A stretch of DNA of 64,000 nt, taken from positions 352,001 through 416,000 of the forward strand of contig CAWFGE010000010.1 in the NCBI GenBank assembly GCA_963815195.1. The letters run 5' to 3'. Position 1 is the stretch's first letter, and each line of letters starts with the position of its first letter. The position numbers and the translations under genes are program-made. The notes below the pieces were generated by a model. That model made no database searches and was not told the DNA's origin. It worked only from the letters and a program-made list of their open reading frames with translations. Shown here piece by piece: positions 60,220 through 64,000 of the stretch. The DNA comes from an uncultured Planctomycetaceae bacterium (GTDB lineage Bacteria; Planctomycetota; Planctomycetia; Planctomycetales; Planctomycetaceae).

Positions 60220-63200
60220 ATGAATTTCGCCCCGTTTGCAGGTCGTTTGCCGAATCTGAGTTGGTCCATCGCTTCGCGCGTGCGAGAAATGTTTCGCCCG
60301 TCGTCGTCCCGAAGAGATGCCCGCCGGCAACTTCGCTGGCGTGGTTATTCACCGATCGGAATTATTGCGGAGGTTCTCGAGGACCGGACTTTGCTCACGA
60401 CCTTGTCCGTTTCGGACGTGACAAGGCCCGAAGGCGATAGCGGGGATACGACATTCACATTTGATGTGATGCTCGATGAAGCCATCGCTGAGGATGTGAC
60501 CTTCAATTTCACAACCGAGACGTTCAACTTGAAAGGCTTCGCGCAGGCGGGCAGCGACTTCACTCCCGTGAGCGGTTCCGGAAGGATCACGGCCGGTCAA
60601 ACCGCGACCACGATCGAAGTCTCGATCCTGGGTGATCGCGTGCCGGAAAGCGATGAGCTGTTCTTCGTGGATCTTTCCAATATTGATGCCGGCGGCCTGC
60701 CCGTCGAATTCGATCCCGCCCAAATTCGACCCACCGGCATCACCGAAGTCGCGTCCTATAATACGCCCGGTTACGCGTTGAATGTGCAAGTGGTGGGCAA
60801 CCTGGCTTATGTCGCCGACAGTTTGAGCGGTATCCGGGCGTTGGATTTGACCGATCCTGCTGGCATCACTGAACTGGGGGCGTTCGATACGCCCGGTCAG
60901 GTTTGGGATGTGCAAGTGGTAGGAGACTTAGCCTATCTCGCCGACAGTGTGGGTCTGCGGGTGTTGGATGTGAGCAACCCTGCCGCCATCAACGAAGTGG
61001 GGTTCTTTGATACGTCCGGTAACGCGTTGGCTGTGCAATTGGTGGGCAACCTAGCTTATGTTGCCAATGATGAGAGCGGTCTCCGGGTGTTGGATGTGAG
61101 CAACCCTGCCGCCATCACCGAACTCGGCACCTTCAACACGGCCGATTATGCACGGGATCTGCAAGTCGTGGACAACCTGGCATATGTCGCCGATAATGCT
61201 GACGGTCTACGGGTGTTGGATGTGAGCAACCCTGCCGCCATCACCGAAGTGGGGTTCTTTGATACGCAATATGTCGCTTTCAGTGTACAAGTCGTGGGCA
61301 ACCTGGCATATGTTGCCGATGGTAATAGCGTGCGGGTGCTGGATGTGAGCAACCCTGCCAGCATCATGGTACTCGGCACCTTCAGTTCGTTCCATACGGC
61401 CGGCTACACAAGGGATGTGCAAGTGGTGGGCAACCGGGCTTATGTCGCCGATGATGAGAAGGGTCTGCGGGTGTTGGATGTAAGCAACCCCGCCAGCATC
61501 ACCGAACTCGGTACGTTCGATACGCCGGGTAACGCAGGCGCTGTGCACGTGATGGGCAACCTGGTTTATGTCGCCGATGGTAATAGCGGTCTGCGGGTGT
61601 ATGACGTGGAAACAGGTCTGGCTGCCCGGGCACTGGCAACGATCCAAAACGATGACCCAGCCAGACTGAGCATTTCCAATGTGTCAATGCTTGAGGGCAG
61701 TAGCGGTCCGACGACGTTTACGTTTGATGTGACACTCGACGTCGCGATTAGCGAAGATGTGACGTTTAATTATACAACCGTGTCCGATACAGCACTGGCT
61801 GGCAGCGACTTTCAGGCAGTCAACGGTTCCGGAAGAATCCCGGCTGGACAAACCGCGACGACGATCGAAGTGACTGTCACCGGAGAAAGTGCGGTGGAAA
61901 GCGATGAGCGATTTTTGTGAACATTTCCAACCGGCAAGCCAGCGGTCTCCTCATCGAATTTGATCCCGCGCAACTTACAATCGGCGATATCACGGAAGTG
62001 GGGTTCTCGAACGCGCCAGGTTTCGCCCAAAGCGTGCAGTTAGTCGGGAACCTGGCTTATGTCGCCGATGCTTTAAGTGGCCTTCGGGTATTGGATGTGA
62101 GCAATCCCGCCAGCATCACGCAACTTGGAGCCTTCGATACGCTTGGGTCCGTTTCGGATGTGCAAGTGGTGGGCAACTTGGCTTACGTCGCCGATGGTTC
62201 CAGTGGTCTGCGGGTGTTGGATGTGAGCAATCCCGCGAACATCACCGAACTTGGAGCCTTCGATACGCCCGGTTTCGCACGTGATGTGCAAGTGGTGGGG
62301 AACCTGGCTTATGTCGCCGATGCTTTAAGTGGCCTTCGGGTATTGGATGTGAGCAACCCCGCCAGCATCACCGAACTCGGTGCGTTCGATACGTTCGGTT
62401 ACGCACATACTGTGCAGGTGATGGGGAACCTGGCTTATGTCGCCGATGGTGATAGCGGTCTGTCGGTGTTGGATGTGAGCGACCCCACCACCATCGGCCT
62501 AGTGAATTTCTTTGATACGTTCTTCGAGTATTACGATGTGCAAGTGGTGGGAGGCTTAGCTTATGTCGCCGACAATAGCGGTCTGCGGGTGTTTGATGTG
62601 AGCAGCCCCTTCGCCATCACCGAAGTCGGATTTTTTGATACGCCCGGTCTCGCCTCGAGAGTGCAAGTGGTGGACGATTTGGTTTATGTCGCTTGTGGTA
62701 GCGGTCTGCAGGTGTTGGATGTCAGCGACCCCGCCGCCATCACCGAAGTGGGTTTCTTTAATACACCAGGTTTCGCTTGGGATGTGCAAGTTGTCGGCGG
62801 TTTGGCCTATGTAGCCGACGATTCAGGTGGCCTGCGAGTGCTCGGATTGACCAATGCCCGGGCAACGGCGACGATCGAAAACGACGATTCCGCGAAGGTG
62901 ATTTTGGCGAGCGTCGTAAACATCGCCACGCAACAACTTGAGGGAGACGATGACGATCCAACGTCCCTAGCCCAGTTTGAGTTTTCCGTGACATTGGATC
63001 ATCCGGTGCCTGGAGGATTCACGCTTCGGTACTTGGTCCGAGACGGTGCTATTAACCCGGTGGTCAATCCGGGACGAGCGGAACTGGGCAAAGATTACAT
63101 CGTCGATGACAGCGTTCCTTACAATCAGTTCTCGGGCGGTGTGGGAACGTTGACATTTACGGGAAATGCCAACGAACGGTTGTTTATCGATCTGACGTCC

Positions 63201-64000
63201 ATTGGGGATACCGTTGTCGAAGCCGATGAGTTTTTTAACATCGAACTGGACACGATCACCCTAAACGATGCCGCCATTGATCCCAGCCTTGTGACCGTCA
63301 GCGACGAAAAACCGGGAGACCGGCGGCAACAGGGAGTGATCCTCAACAGGCTCGACGGCATGCCCCCCGACGACCAATCCCAGCTCAGCTTGGCCTTTGC
63401 GGGGAAATTCCCCTCTCCAAACGGCGGCGATCCCATTGCACGCTTCGAGGTCACTTCGAGCAACGGCGTGCAAGAGGGATTCCAGGTCGACCTTGTGGTG
63501 GACCTTTTGAGCGTCAGCGGGGCATCGAGTGCGTTGACGTTCGCCGATTCCAATTCCCGAAGAACGGTCCGGGGCTCTTTCACCGGCAATCCGGGTGAGA
63601 GGCGGAGCATCGACGTGCCGATTCCTCCGTCGACGACGATGTTGAATGCCACGCTGGGGAATGTGTCGGCTGCGGGGGCTGGAGTGAATCCCGCAGATAT
63701 TCTTCCAGCGGCACTTTTGGCGATCACGCTTCCGGATAACGCGATGTTCGTCACCGCCGCCGGTCCGGGAGGCGGGCCTCACGTCAAAGTGTTCAAATCA
63801 TCGGGAATTAAAGAATTCTTTGCGTTTGGTGGCGGGTTCATAGGCGGAGTGCGGCTGGCGACGGGCGATGTGACCGGCGATGGCGTTTCAGACATCATCA
63901 CCGCTGCGGGACCGGGCGGCGGACCGGACGTGCGGGTGTTCGATGGTGTGACGCTTATGCAAATTAACGGTCCGTTGGGCGACTTTTATGCCTATCCTGG
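60220..64000 (+). CDS. Large surface protein or adhesin: LEPR-XLL-type signal, Calx-beta, 2x7 LVIVD repeats, FG-GAP-like repeats; frameshift near 61915; runs off the window
   Basis: AEVLEDRTLL, EGDSGDTTFTFDV, AYVADxxxGLRVLDVSNPA repeats. After a T-run indel the frame stays open to 64000 (AGPGGGPHVKVF, GGVRLATGDVTGDG). Confidence 0.88.

Noticed and set aside
60730..62850. CRISPR-like or DGR-like repeat array
   Set aside because: The roughly 126-nt units are in-frame LVIVD protein repeats; there are no spacers, cas genes, reverse transcriptase or evident adenine-specific variation.
1..64000. tRNA, rRNA, transposase or integrase genes
   Set aside because: None were recognised by eye; tRNAscan-SE and ISEScan were not run.

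Overview
GC-rich bacterial chromosomal DNA, almost certainly from a planctomycete. Evidence: DUF1501 plus PSD1/planctomycete cytochrome c genes, a PVC-type heme-binding CxxCH protein, an adhesin with a LEPR-XLL-type signal, and a planctomycete-type HTH_17-REC regulator. I call about 50 genes: housekeeping (serS, recQ, purH, csp, csrA, bfr/bfd), tadA-B-C, transporters, three Ser/Thr kinases and two-component genes. At least ten genes, including essential serS, are split by small indels, which points to uncorrected long-read or MAG sequence errors rather than real pseudogenes. I saw no tRNA, rRNA, CRISPR array, integrase or transposase. Best leads: (1) an AT-richer block at 48.6-53.8 kb holding a tandemly duplicated [membrane Ser/Thr kinase + DUF1883] unit followed by a beta-sandwich/nucleoside-deoxyribosyltransferase-like effector; (2) a two-gene cassette after serS encoding a double-zinc-ribbon protein and a Pol-beta-type nucleotidyltransferase; (3) a PadR operon with a double operator and two paralogous HAAS-type membrane sensors that both carry an internal SD+ATG at the same offset; (4) convergent, overlapping bfd/bfr with Fur-like boxes and a Bfr lacking ferroxidase ligands; (5) an adhesin with 7-repeat LVIVD propellers inserted inside Calx-beta domains. 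All family calls come from motif recognition by eye; no database searches were run.
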